Part shown: positions 1 to 9,585 of the stretch, in pieces | How positions within the stretch are numbered: position 1 is the first letter of the stretch | How the letters are laid out: each line of letters starts with the position of its first letter | From: an uncultured bacterium | Lineage (GTDB): Bacteria > Patescibacteriota > Minisyncoccia > Moranbacterales > UBA2206 | Length of the DNA: 64,000 nucleotides | Direction of reading: 5' to 3' | Assembly: GCA_903937035.1 (NCBI GenBank) | Contig: CAIZXS010000005.1 | Span: forward strand, 62,746 to 126,745 | The notes under the pieces: model-generated | Seen by the model: only the letters and a program-made list of their open reading frames with translations | What the model was told of the DNA's origin: nothing | Database searches by the model: none | Program-made: the position numbers and the translations under genes

Positions 1-2277
1 TGAGAAATCTTTTTCCTTGCACTCATCCTTTGGAGCGCTGTCAGTGGAGTAGCCCTGGTCTTTGAGCCAATTTTTTATACCATCCTCCCAATTTTCAAAC
101 TGAGGATCATCTTTGGGGTTTTTAAGGGGATCTCCTCGAACATCATTCTTATTAATGTAATAAAGAATGCTATGTGCATCGGAAAATTTCTTCTTTTTTG
201 TTTTACTCTCTGGGCAAGCGTCATTAGCTAGGCAATATTTGTCATTTTCGCCAGGAATTTCACAAACCTTTAATTCCTTTTTCATTTCCAATTTACCATC
301 AAGGATGTCTTTGTTGGTTTCCTCTGGTTCATATTTTGGAAAATCCTCTGAGTTGTAGTTTTTTAGGGTTTGATCCATAAAACTACGCCAAATTGGAGCG
401 GCAACGAGAATTCCATCAGCACCTTGTTTCATCGTAGAATGATCATTGTTTCCCGCCCAAACTCCCACAGCTAATGATGGCGTGTATCCCATTGTCCAAC
501 CATCACGCCACTCATTGGTGGTTCCGGTTTTTGCAGCCACAGGACGATCGCTGAAGCTGAGGGGATTTTTGTCACCAAAAACCGGAGCGCGAAGACTGTT
601 TGTGGATAATATATAATCAATCATGGCAATATATTTTTCTTCTATTACTTTCTCTCCCTGACCTGTTGTGTATTTTTCTAGTGTGTTTCCTTTGCTGTCT
701 TCAATGCGTAGTATGGCTGTTTTATTATGGCGAATGCCACCTGTTGCAAAGGTGGAAAAGGCATTAACATGGTCCAATAGTTTAACTTCTCCACCGCCAA
801 GCACGAGGGATAATCCGTAGCGGTCAGGCTCATTTAGTGTTGTGATGCCCATATTTTTAGCTGTGGATACGGAGTCTTTTGCACCAGCTAAGTAGAGCGT
901 TTTTACTGCTGGAACATTTAATGACCTCGCTAAGGCATCTTTCATTTGCATGAGACCACTATTTTTCCCGTCATAATTTTTTGGATTGTAAACTTTTCCA
1001 TCTTCTGTGCTAAAGTTAGTGTCCGTGTCCCATATATTGGTTTCCGGGGTAAAGCCTTTTATAAAAGCAGTTAAATAGACGTAGGGCTTAAAGGATGAGC
1101 CTGGCTGCAAAAGGGAGTTGGCTACATTAACGTTTGGCTCAAAAAGGCAACTTTTTCCTGGTGTGCAGCCCTTTGGTTCACTTGGAGCAAAATAATCCTT
1201 ACTGCCAACCATTGCAAGTATTTGCCCGGTTTTGGGATCCATTGCAACTAAACCTGCATTGGATGCGCCATACGTTTTTGTGTTTTTATCCGCGCCTTCC
1301 TTAACAGCTTTTTCTGCTATTTGTTGTTTTTCCCAGTCAAGTGTTGTGTAAACCTTGAAACCGCCTTGTTCAACAGCTGTATCACCATATTTTTGTTGTA
1401 AATAATCTTTGATATACATCACAAAATGAGGAGCGGCAATGATATTTTTTTGTATTTGTATTTTACTCAAAGTTGACTCTTCTATTGCTGCATTAGCCTG
1501 GTCTTCTGTTATATAACCTAATCTCGCCATGGTTTTTAGGGCAAAGTTTTTTCTCCCAATGAGGGCGTCTGTGTGTGAACCATATGGAGAATAGTAGGCA
1601 GTAGCCTGTGGTAGGGCGGAAATGAGCGCTGCTTCATCGAGAGTCAGGTCTTTAGCTGGTTTTCCAAAGAATGTTTGAGCGGCGGCTTCAATGCCGTAGG
1701 CGTTTGAGCCATAGGGGATTTCATTGAGGTACATCGCCAAGATTTCATCTTTTGAGAATTTTGTCTCTACTTCAAGTGAAAGAATAACTTCCTTGATTTT
1801 TCTCACAAGTGTTTTTTCGTTTGAAAGAAGGGAGTTTTTGACAAATTGTTGGGTTATAGTTGACCCTCCTTGGGCCTTACCAAAATTAATAATGTCCTTA
1901 AAAATCGAGCGAAGAATGGAGGTTAGTTTTATTCCATGATGATTGTAAAAATCTTGGTCCTCAAGGCTGATGGTGGCATATTTTAGGACATCAGGCATTT
2001 CATTGAAAGCAATTTGAGTTCTTTTTTCTTCACCATGAACCTCATATAGTAAGTGTTCTCCGGTGCGGTCATAAATCTTTGTTGATTCGGCAATGAAGCG
2101 ATTGTTAATTTTTCCCGGATCGGGGAGATCTTTTGAAAAATAGGCAAATATACCGATAGTTGCCAAGAGGCCAACACCAGCGAGGATGCCAAAAAGTTTA
2201 AGGAGGAGTTTCCATGGAATATGGAATTTTCTCTCTTTCAAATAGGTAGAGTTTTTGGGTGAAAAAATATTTTGCAT
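1..2277 (-). CDS. Class A penicillin-binding protein (PBP1A family transglycosylase/transpeptidase), 3' end outside window
   Basis: Read by hand; absent from the ORF track because it is open to the edge. ATG at 2277, N-terminal TM segment, transglycosylase motifs EDQDFYNHHG, GSTITQQFVKN and RKIKE..L....E..FSKDEIL.MYLNEIPYG, transpeptidase QPGSSFKPY (SxxK), SLN (SxN) and AAKTGT (KTG). Confidence 0.93.
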   Translation of the reverse strand, partial: MQNIFSPKNSTYLKERKFHIPWKLLLKLFGILAGVGLLATIGIFAYFSKDLPDPGKINNRFIAESTKIYDRTGEHLLYEVHGEEKRTQIAFNEMPDVLKYATISLEDQDFYNHHGIKLTSILRSIFKDIINFGKAQGGSTITQQFVKNSLLSNEKTLVRKIKEVILSLEVETKFSKDEILAMYLNEIPYGSNAYGIEAAAQTFFGKPAKDLTLDEAALISALPQATAYYSPYGSHTDALIGRKNFALKTMARLGYITEDQANAAIEESTLSKIQIQKNIIAAPHFVMYIKDYLQQKYGDTAVEQGGFKVYTTLDWEKQQIAEKAVKEGADKNTKTYGASNAGLVAMDPKTGQILAMVGSKDYFAPSEPKGCTPGKSCLFEPNVNVANSLLQPGSSFKPYVYLTAFIKGFTPETNIWDTDTNFSTEDGKVYNPKNYDGKNSGLMQMKDALARSLNVPAVKTLYLAGAKDSVSTAKNMGITTLNEPDRYGLSLVLGGGEVKLLDHVNAFSTFATGGIRHNKTAILRIEDSKGNTLEKYTTGQGEKVIEEKYIAMIDYILSTNSLRAPVFGDKNPLSFSDRPVAAKTGTTNEWRDGWTMGYTPSLAVGVWAGNNDHSTMKQGADGILVAAPIWRSFMDQTLKNYNSEDFPKYEPEETNKDILDGKLEMKKELKVCEIPGENDKYCLANDACPESKTKKKKFSDAHSILYYINKNDVRGDPLKNPKDDPQFENWEDGIKNWLKDQGYSTDSAPKDECKEKDFS

Positions 2278-2359
2278 ATAATAAAATTAAACCTTTTAGG
2301 TCGCTTATAGTTTAATCTAGATTTAGGGAAATATCAAGAAGAGGGGAGGTTGGTTTGAT

Positions 2360-3319
2360 TTAGGTTTCTGATAGTTTTTTCTTGAAAATATCAAGAAGTT
2401 CTTGGTACATTTCTAGCATATAGGGTTTTTCTTCTGGGGTAAAAAATAGTCCAGGCATAGAGTTTAATTCAACTATCCAGGGTTTTTTGTTTTCATCAAA
2501 CATAAAATCAATAGAATATATGCGAGGGCTGAATGTGGCGAAAACGGTATGGGCATAAGTAATAATTGGCTGTAATGATTTGGGCAATTTTTCTTTGGGC
2601 ACAATAATAAGTGAGCCGCCTTGTGCAAGATTAGCTAGGAAGCTTCCATCTTTTGGTTCTCTGATATAGGCATAGATTAATTTATTATTAACAAAAACCA
2701 ATCTAAGGTCATGCATTTTTTTTGATACGCCCGGCACGCCACAAGAAGAGTCAATAAACTCTTGCACAATATTTTCTTTTTCTATTTTCTTAATTTTGCT
2801 AGTATTTTTTTTGCCCATGATTTGAACATCTTTCCCACCACTCTCACTAATCGGCTTTAGGACAATCTTTGTGGAATGAATTTGTGGGAGAATGTTTTTT
2901 AGTTCGCCTAAATTTTTTATGACCCAGCTTTTTTTTGACCATTTATCAAAAATTAGGCTAGTGGTCAGTTTATCATCAATAAGATTGGTAAATCTCAAGT
3001 CATTAATAAAGGGATATCGCTCACCAATCAATTCTTTTTTATAGTAAACTTCTAGGCGCGATTTTGTTTTATCATAAATCAAATCTGGCTGGATGTTTTT
3101 AACCTTTTTCCAATTAGCGCCCTCACCTTCAAATACCCAGGCATATTTAAAAAGCTGTTTCTTGTAATCGTACCACTCATAAGAGGCGCGATACATCTGG
3201 ATGTTATTTTTTTTACAAAGAGAGTAAAAATATTCATAAGAATATTGATAATCTTTATTGCTAAAGGGCTTGGCTTTTTTCCAATCGCTCTTACCAAAAA
3301 GGATCATTACTTTTTTCAT
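2360..3319 (-). CDS. ATP-grasp domain protein (RimK/YheCD-like ligase)
   Basis: VLKP..ESGGKDV, IVQEFI, DLRLVFV, ANLAQGG, SIDFMFD...PWIVELNSMPG. Confidence 0.8.
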   Translation of the reverse strand: MKKVMILFGKSDWKKAKPFSNKDYQYSYEYFYSLCKKNNIQMYRASYEWYDYKKQLFKYAWVFEGEGANWKKVKNIQPDLIYDKTKSRLEVYYKKELIGERYPFINDLRFTNLIDDKLTTSLIFDKWSKKSWVIKNLGELKNILPQIHSTKIVLKPISESGGKDVQIMGKKNTSKIKKIEKENIVQEFIDSSCGVPGVSKKMHDLRLVFVNNKLIYAYIREPKDGSFLANLAQGGSLIIVPKEKLPKSLQPIITYAHTVFATFSPRIYSIDFMFDENKKPWIVELNSMPGLFFTPEEKPYMLEMYQELLDIFKKKLSET

Positions 3320-4233
3320 ATATTTAAGGAAATTAGTTGAATTATTTTTTCAGCCACATTTATTTTTGGGTACACCGATTGGAATCCATCGAGTCCGAAA
3401 AATAAATTAACCTCAATTATTAAAAATCCATTGCTTGTTGATAGGATGTCCAGCCCAGCCAGCTCGAGACCCATTTTTTTGCACACGCCAACAGCAAAGC
3501 GGCTCATTTTTGAATTGCTATATTTTTCCACATGCCCTCCGAGAGAGTAGTTGTTTTTCCATTGTCCATTTTGAGCGCTCCTTTTCATTATGCCTAAACA
3601 TTTTCCGCCAACAACTAGCGCTCTGTAATCAGCTTCGTTTTTGACGTAGGGTTGAAAAATCGTATTGGTATTTCTTCGGTTTTCAATAAAGGCAGCTAGT
3701 TCTTTTTCATTTTTTAATTTCCACACACTACTTCCGCCGCCGCCATAGCTTTCTTTAGCAACAAGGGGGAAATGAAAGCCTTGGTTTTTTAAAAAATAAA
3801 AAACGCGTTCTTTTTTATTATCGCAAAAATGGATAGTTGGAATAGCTGGGATTTTTCGCGAAGCAAATATGTGCATCTGAGAAAACTTATTATAGAACGG
3901 ATATTGTTGAAAAAACTTAGAATTCGGAGTATAGATATTTTTATCTTTCAGTATGTCGAGCAAAACACTATATTCATTTTCCAGATTAAAGGGAATTTCT
4001 ACTCCGCTAGTTTTTTTTATGATTGGGAAGCGAAAGATGTCGAAAATAACGGAATTTATTTTTCTTAGGTTTAATTTATTTTTTCCAATATATACATCTT
4101 TTTTAAAAAAAGAAAGCTCGGACCATTTTGCGTATATATGGGGAATATTTGTTTTGTTCAAGGTAGGTATTATTTGCTGTTTTGAGCTAGATTCCTCACC
4201 AATACCTATTAACAGAATTTTTTTCATAGACAA
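3316..4233 (-). CDS. RimK-family ATP-grasp ligase
   Basis: FPLVAKESYGGGGSSV, IFQPYV, DYRALVVGG, WKNNYSLGG, AGLDIL..IIEVN. Confidence 0.85.
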   Translation of the reverse strand: MSMKKILLIGIGEESSSKQQIIPTLNKTNIPHIYAKWSELSFFKKDVYIGKNKLNLRKINSVIFDIFRFPIIKKTSGVEIPFNLENEYSVLLDILKDKNIYTPNSKFFQQYPFYNKFSQMHIFASRKIPAIPTIHFCDNKKERVFYFLKNQGFHFPLVAKESYGGGGSSVWKLKNEKELAAFIENRRNTNTIFQPYVKNEADYRALVVGGKCLGIMKRSAQNGQWKNNYSLGGHVEKYSNSKMSRFAVGVCKKMGLELAGLDILSTSNGFLIIEVNLFFGLDGFQSVYPKINVAEKIIQLISLNI

Positions 4234-4278
4234 GTCATATCTAATAAGGCCTTATTATTGTGTCCCAAGCTTTGGTCT

Positions 4279-5256
4279 TTATTTTTCAGATAGGTTACTT
4301 TTTTGTGTTGTACTGAGCTTTAAAATAAAATTGATAATATCCCTGATCACGTTTCTAGATTTTCCAGAAGTTGGATTATAATGGATGTAGATGTCGGGTT
4401 TTCCATTTATTTCTAGAATCCCAAATGTTTGATTAGCTGGGTCGGCGGAAATATCCTCGCAAATTATATCAATGCCGGCGAGATAATCGCCAATGGCGTC
4501 AGCAGCCTTGGAACAGATGGAGATAATTTTTGCATTAACTATATCCGTCACATCTCGAGTTTCTCCTCCTTCAGCTAGAGAGGAGCTTTTTTTAATTGAA
4601 GCGATTTCTCCTGCAGCCAGGATGTGATTAAGGGAAAATCCCTGCTCGCTTAATATTTTTTTCAAAGTTCTGTCTATGGGCGTCTTTCTGTGAGTGCTTT
4701 TTTGTTTTTCCTCAATGAGTTTTTCAATGGTAGAAAGGCCATCACCAAAAACTCTTGGCGGAATCATCTCTAATGCTCCAATAACCTTTTCATCTAACAT
4801 AAGAACGCGATATTCTTTGCCAAAAATCATCTCCTGGGCGATAAGAGTTCTGAAATTAGAAATCTCACTCGTTAATATGGAGATTGCTTCTTCTGAGTTT
4901 TTAATGTAAGGAAAAATTCCCTGGCTATTGGAGCCAGAGGAGTCTTTGATGATGATGGGAAATTTGAGGCCAGAAAGCTTGCTGGCAATATCTTTTTTTT
5001 GAAAGTTTTTTCTGAAAAAGAAAACCGTTTCTGGTGTTGGAAGGGAGCGTCTTCGCAGTAGTGTATAGGTTAAGTCTTTGTGTGTTGTTGCTCCTGCTAT
5101 GCTAATGAAGTTTTTGGCAATTCTGAATTTTCTTGTAATTAAAAAAGCCTTCCCTCGGACATGGATATAGTAGCAGCCTCGCTCAGGAATGACCTCCTCA
5201 AATGTTCCTCCCATTTCCTCGACAACTTTTCTGATCAGTGGTGGATTTTTTATCAT
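4279..5256 (-). CDS. ATP-grasp protein resembling the cyanophycin synthetase/GshAB ATP-grasp domain
   Basis: FPIIIKD..GSNSQGI, EYRVLML, PPRVFGDG.STIEKLIE, SLAEGG.TRDVTD, AGIDII..DIS, ILEING.P. Confidence 0.8.
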   Translation of the reverse strand: MIKNPPLIRKVVEEMGGTFEEVIPERGCYYIHVRGKAFLITRKFRIAKNFISIAGATTHKDLTYTLLRRRSLPTPETVFFFRKNFQKKDIASKLSGLKFPIIIKDSSGSNSQGIFPYIKNSEEAISILTSEISNFRTLIAQEMIFGKEYRVLMLDEKVIGALEMIPPRVFGDGLSTIEKLIEEKQKSTHRKTPIDRTLKKILSEQGFSLNHILAAGEIASIKKSSSLAEGGETRDVTDIVNAKIISICSKAADAIGDYLAGIDIICEDISADPANQTFGILEINGKPDIYIHYNPTSGKSRNVIRDIINFILKLSTTQKSNLSEK

Positions 5257-6663
5257 TTACTTACTTGTATCAATTAAAAACTTTTTCAAATTAACCTTGC
5301 CAATAATCATTGGATATTGCATGTGGGATCGATCAACTATAGTCATCTTTGTGGAAGTAGTGATATTGTCCATGACAAATTCAATATTTATCATTGGGCG
5401 GTATGTATAGCCATGAGAGGATTTGACGGGAATAGCGGAAATGATATCGGGAATTTTTTCATATAATTTTCGACGCTCATCTCTGTTGGTATTTTTCAAA
5501 TCATCATAGGAAATGTTTAATTTTTCAAACTCCTCTAGCGCGCTGCCATAGCCCAGTTGTTGAGCCAATGCGTTGTCTATTGATGACCAATCAGCGCCTG
5601 TGTCAATCTTGGCTTCTATTTCGATTTCTTTTCCGTCCTTGCCAATAAGCCTTACTTTTTCTATTGCGCCGATTACTTTTTTTCCCGAAATTTCTTCCAG
5701 TTCTTCTTCGATTTCTCCTCCAAAGAGATCCATGCCAACGCGAATACCTTTTTTGACAGTTTTGATTTTGATACCAGCCGCTTTTTTCAATCGTCCCTTT
5801 AGTCCATCAAGATTAGCAACTTGAATGGCAAGGCCAGGGCGTGCATTTAATTCCAAAATTACTGGTCCTCGCTCTTTGTCTATTGCTACGTCAACCCCAA
5901 GAAAACCTAGGTTGGAAATTTCTTGTGAGCGAACAGCAATATTTAAGATGTCCATCCAATAGGGGATTTTGATTCCCGAAAGTAAGAGTCTTGTGCCAGG
6001 AACGTATTCAATAATTTTTTGTTTTCCAAGGACCGCTGTCGTTGTTACGCCAGAAGCAAGGTCGATGCCGACACCAATTGCACCTTGCGCCAGGTTAGCT
6101 TTTCCATGTGATTCTTTGGTGGGGAGGCGCAACATTGCCATGATGGGCATTTTATTGAAAACAATAATGCGAATATCTGGGATGCCTTTATATGCGTAGG
6201 GCTTAAAGAGTTTTAAAAGTTTTAAGCGTTCTTCGAAAAAGGCAATATCAGGAATCCCAGAAAGTGAATACGAGCCGTCTAGAATATTCCGTGTATGGTT
6301 TTTGAGGTCATTAATCGTAATAATTGAGCCATCGGCCTTCACCCAAGCATCATCTCTGCGCTTTTTTCGTCCATAAACAACGACAATGCCTTCACCGCCA
6401 AATCCGCGATTAGGTTTTAAAACAAAGCTATCGGGTAATTTTTGCCAATCAAAACCATCCAAATCTTCTAGAGATTTGATTTGAGAGATAAGGGCGGGAA
6501 CAGCAATATCATTTTTCTTGAGTACCCTTTTGCTCAGAAGTTTGTTGTCAGCCAGTCTTTTGGCGCTAACACGGTTGAATGGACGAATGTATTCCAGATT
6601 TCTGGCATTCATTCCGAGAATTCCCCGGCTTTTTTTGATAAATTCAAACATATAGTTTATCAC
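5257..6663 (-). CDS. Alpha-L-glutamate ligase-like (7TM-associated) ATP-grasp protein fused to a C-terminal RimK-associated retropepsin-like aspartyl protease
   Basis: GILGMNARN, FVLKPNRGFGGEGI, GIPDIRIIVF..PIMAMLRLPT..S.GKANL.QGA, ELNARPGLAIQVAN; C-terminus AKIDTGADWSSID ... RSHMQYPMIIG. Confidence 0.85.
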   Translation of the reverse strand: MINYMFEFIKKSRGILGMNARNLEYIRPFNRVSAKRLADNKLLSKRVLKKNDIAVPALISQIKSLEDLDGFDWQKLPDSFVLKPNRGFGGEGIVVVYGRKKRRDDAWVKADGSIITINDLKNHTRNILDGSYSLSGIPDIAFFEERLKLLKLFKPYAYKGIPDIRIIVFNKMPIMAMLRLPTKESHGKANLAQGAIGVGIDLASGVTTTAVLGKQKIIEYVPGTRLLLSGIKIPYWMDILNIAVRSQEISNLGFLGVDVAIDKERGPVILELNARPGLAIQVANLDGLKGRLKKAAGIKIKTVKKGIRVGMDLFGGEIEEELEEISGKKVIGAIEKVRLIGKDGKEIEIEAKIDTGADWSSIDNALAQQLGYGSALEEFEKLNISYDDLKNTNRDERRKLYEKIPDIISAIPVKSSHGYTYRPMINIEFVMDNITTSTKMTIVDRSHMQYPMIIGKVNLKKFLIDTSK

Positions 6664-6789
6664 ACACTAACTTCGTGCTGGCACAAAGTGCCAAATAGCT
6701 TTTTATAATAGGTAAATAATTTTTTTCCAACATTTTATTTAACCCCCCCAGTGGTTGCTGATAAAAGCATGGAGTTAGTGTGGGACCGG

Positions 6790-7455
6790 TTAGCTTCTCT
6801 TAATAATCTCCCCAAAGCGCAAATATTCACTGAGGCGCAGCCCTGTCCACTTACCAATGATAACGTTAAGCGGAATTGTGAGAAGAATAACCCATGGGTA
6901 AAAAGCGATAAAATGAATCAAGACTTCCCAGCTAGCAATATAAAAGCCGAGGATGGAAATTAGCAGTGTTTCTGTTGCCAGGAGAATGGCGGCGCGGTCG
7001 CCTTTTTCAATTTGAACGGCAATAAACTTTTCCACCAAAGTAATCATGATAAGAATAGGAAAAATCGAGACAGAGGCGAGTCCAGTTCTTTTTAAGCTTC
7101 CGCCAATCGCGAGCATCAAAAGAATGGAAAGAGCAACAATTGTAAGCATGATGGCCACTCGGGGAAGATAGAGAAGGCGAAAAGATTTAAGGGCAATTCG
7201 CATAAGCATCCCAATGAGAATGATCATTACAAAAATTAAAATCCCATATCTGAGCCCATCCGTCGCTAGAAAGGCGAAAGTGACCAAAAGCGGAGTGTAG
7301 ATTCCAAAAGCCTTAATCCCAATCACTTGGCGCAAAAAAGCGATAAGAGTGGCAATAATCGGTAGCATGAGGATTAGCTTGATTGTTTCAAAGGGCACGC
7401 CCTCATTTAAAAAGAACGTCAAAATAGGGCTAACACTGAAATTGATTTCATTCAT
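6790..7455 (-). CDS. 7TM domain membrane protein (7TM_transglut type, partner of alpha-L-glutamate ligase-like ATP-grasps)
   Basis: Highly hydrophobic; RQVIGIKAFGIYTP, LLYLPR, FPILIM..LVEK, IGKWTGLRLSEYLRF. Confidence 0.8.
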   Translation of the reverse strand: MNEINFSVSPILTFFLNEGVPFETIKLILMLPIIATLIAFLRQVIGIKAFGIYTPLLVTFAFLATDGLRYGILIFVMIILIGMLMRIALKSFRLLYLPRVAIMLTIVALSILLMLAIGGSLKRTGLASVSIFPILIMITLVEKFIAVQIEKGDRAAILLATETLLISILGFYIASWEVLIHFIAFYPWVILLTIPLNVIIGKWTGLRLSEYLRFGEIIKRS

Positions 7456-7946
7456 GATGCATTTTTTAAACTAATTATAGCTCGACTATTGGCGTGACAC
7501 ACAGCAATCGCCAGTGCGTCAGCCACATCATCAGGCTTAGGAATTGCGTTTAGGTGTAATACGCTTTTGATCATTTGTTGCATTTGCTTTTTTTCCGCCC
7601 GGCCATAGCCCGTGAGGGCTTGCTTGACTTGAAGCGGTGTGTAACCAAACACTCTAACACTATTTTGGCGTAAAGTCAAGAGAATTGCCCCGCGGGATTG
7701 CGCGACTTGAATGACGGTTTTTTGGTTCTTGAAAAAAAAGAGCGTTTCAATAGCGGCTTCTGTTGGTTGGTGCTCTCTGATTATTCCCGCTAAATCATCA
7801 GAAACCTCGAGAATTCGCTCATCATCACTGTCATTCTTTGAGGTGCTGATGTGCCCATAGGCCAAAGGCAAGAGTTTATCACCCCTAATTTCAATAATTG
7901 CCCATCCAGTAGTGGCTGTGCCGGGGTCAATTCCGAGAATTTTCAT
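7452..7946 (-). CDS. ruvC: Holliday junction resolvase RuvC
   Basis: ILGIDPG, AIETLFF.KN, YTPLQVK.ALTGYGRAEK, PDDVADALAIA. Confidence 0.97.
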   Translation of the reverse strand: MKILGIDPGTATTGWAIIEIRGDKLLPLAYGHISTSKNDSDDERILEVSDDLAGIIREHQPTEAAIETLFFFKNQKTVIQVAQSRGAILLTLRQNSVRVFGYTPLQVKQALTGYGRAEKKQMQQMIKSVLHLNAIPKPDDVADALAIAVCHANSRAIISLKNAS

Positions 7947-7951
7947 TGTTT

Positions 7952-8668
7952 TTAGCCTAAATTGCTATAAATTTCACTCACATCATCATGGTCATCCAGA
8001 AGTTCCATGAGATTTTCGTAGGTTTCACGCATTTTTGCGTCAACCGTTATGGTAGTTTTGGGTAGATAAATTAGACCCGAGTCAATTATTTTAAGGTTTT
8101 CCTCAGCAAGGCTTTCTCGCACTTTGGCAAAATCTTTCTGATCGGTGATTATATTCAATACGCCTTCTTCCAAAATCGTGTCTTTGGCGCCAGCTTCAAT
8201 GGCGAGCATTTCCAGCTCGTCCGCTTCTTTTCCCTCAAGATCAATGCTGATGTTGCCAACTTGTTCAAAGTTCCACATCGCCGAGCCTTTTTCGCCTAAC
8301 TTGGAATTGTTTTTAGTGAGAATTGTTTTAACTTCCGATACAGTACGGTTTTTATTGTCTGTTGTACAGGAAATGAGGAGCATGAGCTCTCCTGGTCCAA
8401 CCGCTTCATAGAGAATTGCTTCAATCATCGCCCCCTTGATTTCGCCCGTTCCACGCTTAATGGCTCTTTCAATATTTTCTTTGGGCATATTCATCTCTCG
8501 TGCGCGATCAACCGCCATTCTAAGCTGAAAGTTTGATTCGAGCTTCCCTCCACCGTCTCTTGCCGCAATTGTGACTAACTTTCCGTATTTAGTGAAAATT
8601 TTGCCACGCTTAGCGTCGTTTATGCCTTTTCGTTGTTTTATTCCCGCCCAGTGTGAATGTCCTGACAT
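7952..8668 (-). CDS. yebC: YebC/PmpR family protein
   Basis: MSGHSHWAGIK..KG..DAKRGK.FTK, NMPKENIERAIKRG, TDNKNRT. Start moved to the MSGH ATG at 8668. Confidence 0.95.
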   Translation of the reverse strand: MSGHSHWAGIKQRKGINDAKRGKIFTKYGKLVTIAARDGGGKLESNFQLRMAVDRAREMNMPKENIERAIKRGTGEIKGAMIEAILYEAVGPGELMLLISCTTDNKNRTVSEVKTILTKNNSKLGEKGSAMWNFEQVGNISIDLEGKEADELEMLAIEAGAKDTILEEGVLNIITDQKDFAKVRESLAEENLKIIDSGLIYLPKTTITVDAKMRETYENLMELLDDHDDVSEIYSNLG

Positions 8669-8673
8669 AAGCT

Positions 8674-8703
8674 CATGAAGCATAAAACATATAGCATGTA
8701 ACA
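8674..8703. repeat. Degenerate heptamer tandem repeat (CATRWAR)n just upstream of yebC
   Basis: catgaag-cataaaa-catatag-catgtaa-ca. Confidence 0.6.
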
Positions 8704-9176
8704 AAATACAAATTGCTAGGCGTTTTGCGCTTTTTCGTTAACTATTTTATAGTTCTAGCTTAGCACTTTAATATGAAAAATTCAAGCAAAAATGATTGAC
8801 AAGAATGGTTTTATGTGCTCGAATAAATAGTCTAAGTTGGTTTTTTAAGGCTTAGAACAAGGCTAGCTCAGTTAGTTGATAAAAAGGAGCTAGAGTTTTT
8901 TGGCAAGAATGCTTTTTTAGTTCAAGGCTTATAGCACAAAAACTAAACCTATTTCCCTTTTATTATTTTTAAGGGCAAAAATATTAAAATATTTTAAAAA
9001 AGTTTTCCGCTGTGGGCGGATTTTTTTGTGGGAACTTATCTTGGTTTGATTTGTGAGAATGAGAATTGATTTCTGTGATTAAAAAATTTAGAAATAAAAA
9101 AAGCCAGGGTTGTCATGCCTGGCGTAGCTTCTTTGGGCTAATCACGATTTGCAGTTAAGAATAATAAATCTAAAGA

Positions 9177-9476
9177 TTATGCCCTAGAATAGATTTTAAT
9201 TTCCCATTTCTTCTCTGCGCATTCAGTGCAAAAATATTGACCATCAAATTTTTTCACCAGGATTTTTTTTATGGCGGCTCCAATTCTTGATCTGGTACTC
9301 ACAAGCTCCATCAAGGCCATATTTACGAGCTCCTTGATGGTGATGAAGGTTTGCCTGCCATCACCTCCGCAGTTGGCGCAGTTATGAAAAACTGATTTTT
9401 GCTCAAGCAAAACATCTGCCTCAAAGCAACTATTGTCGCAGGTGATACTAATCCTGTTTTTTATTTTTGGCATCAT
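9177..9476 (-). CDS. Small hypothetical protein, possible Zn-binding (CANC ... CTEC)
   Basis: 99-aa ORF with a GGGAG RBS-like element upstream and CxxC pairs; hairpin plus U-tract downstream (9097-9123). Confidence 0.55.
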   Translation of the reverse strand: MMPKIKNRISITCDNSCFEADVLLEQKSVFHNCANCGGDGRQTFITIKELVNMALMELVSTRSRIGAAIKKILVKKFDGQYFCTECAEKKWEIKIYSRA

Positions 9477-9585
9477 TGCTCCCTTATATTTCTAGCGTTG
9501 TAGGGGTATATGTTAAATAGCAATTCAATTTGATTCTAATAAGGTACTATAGTTTAATATTTAGTAGAAGTCAATAGTGAAAGGT

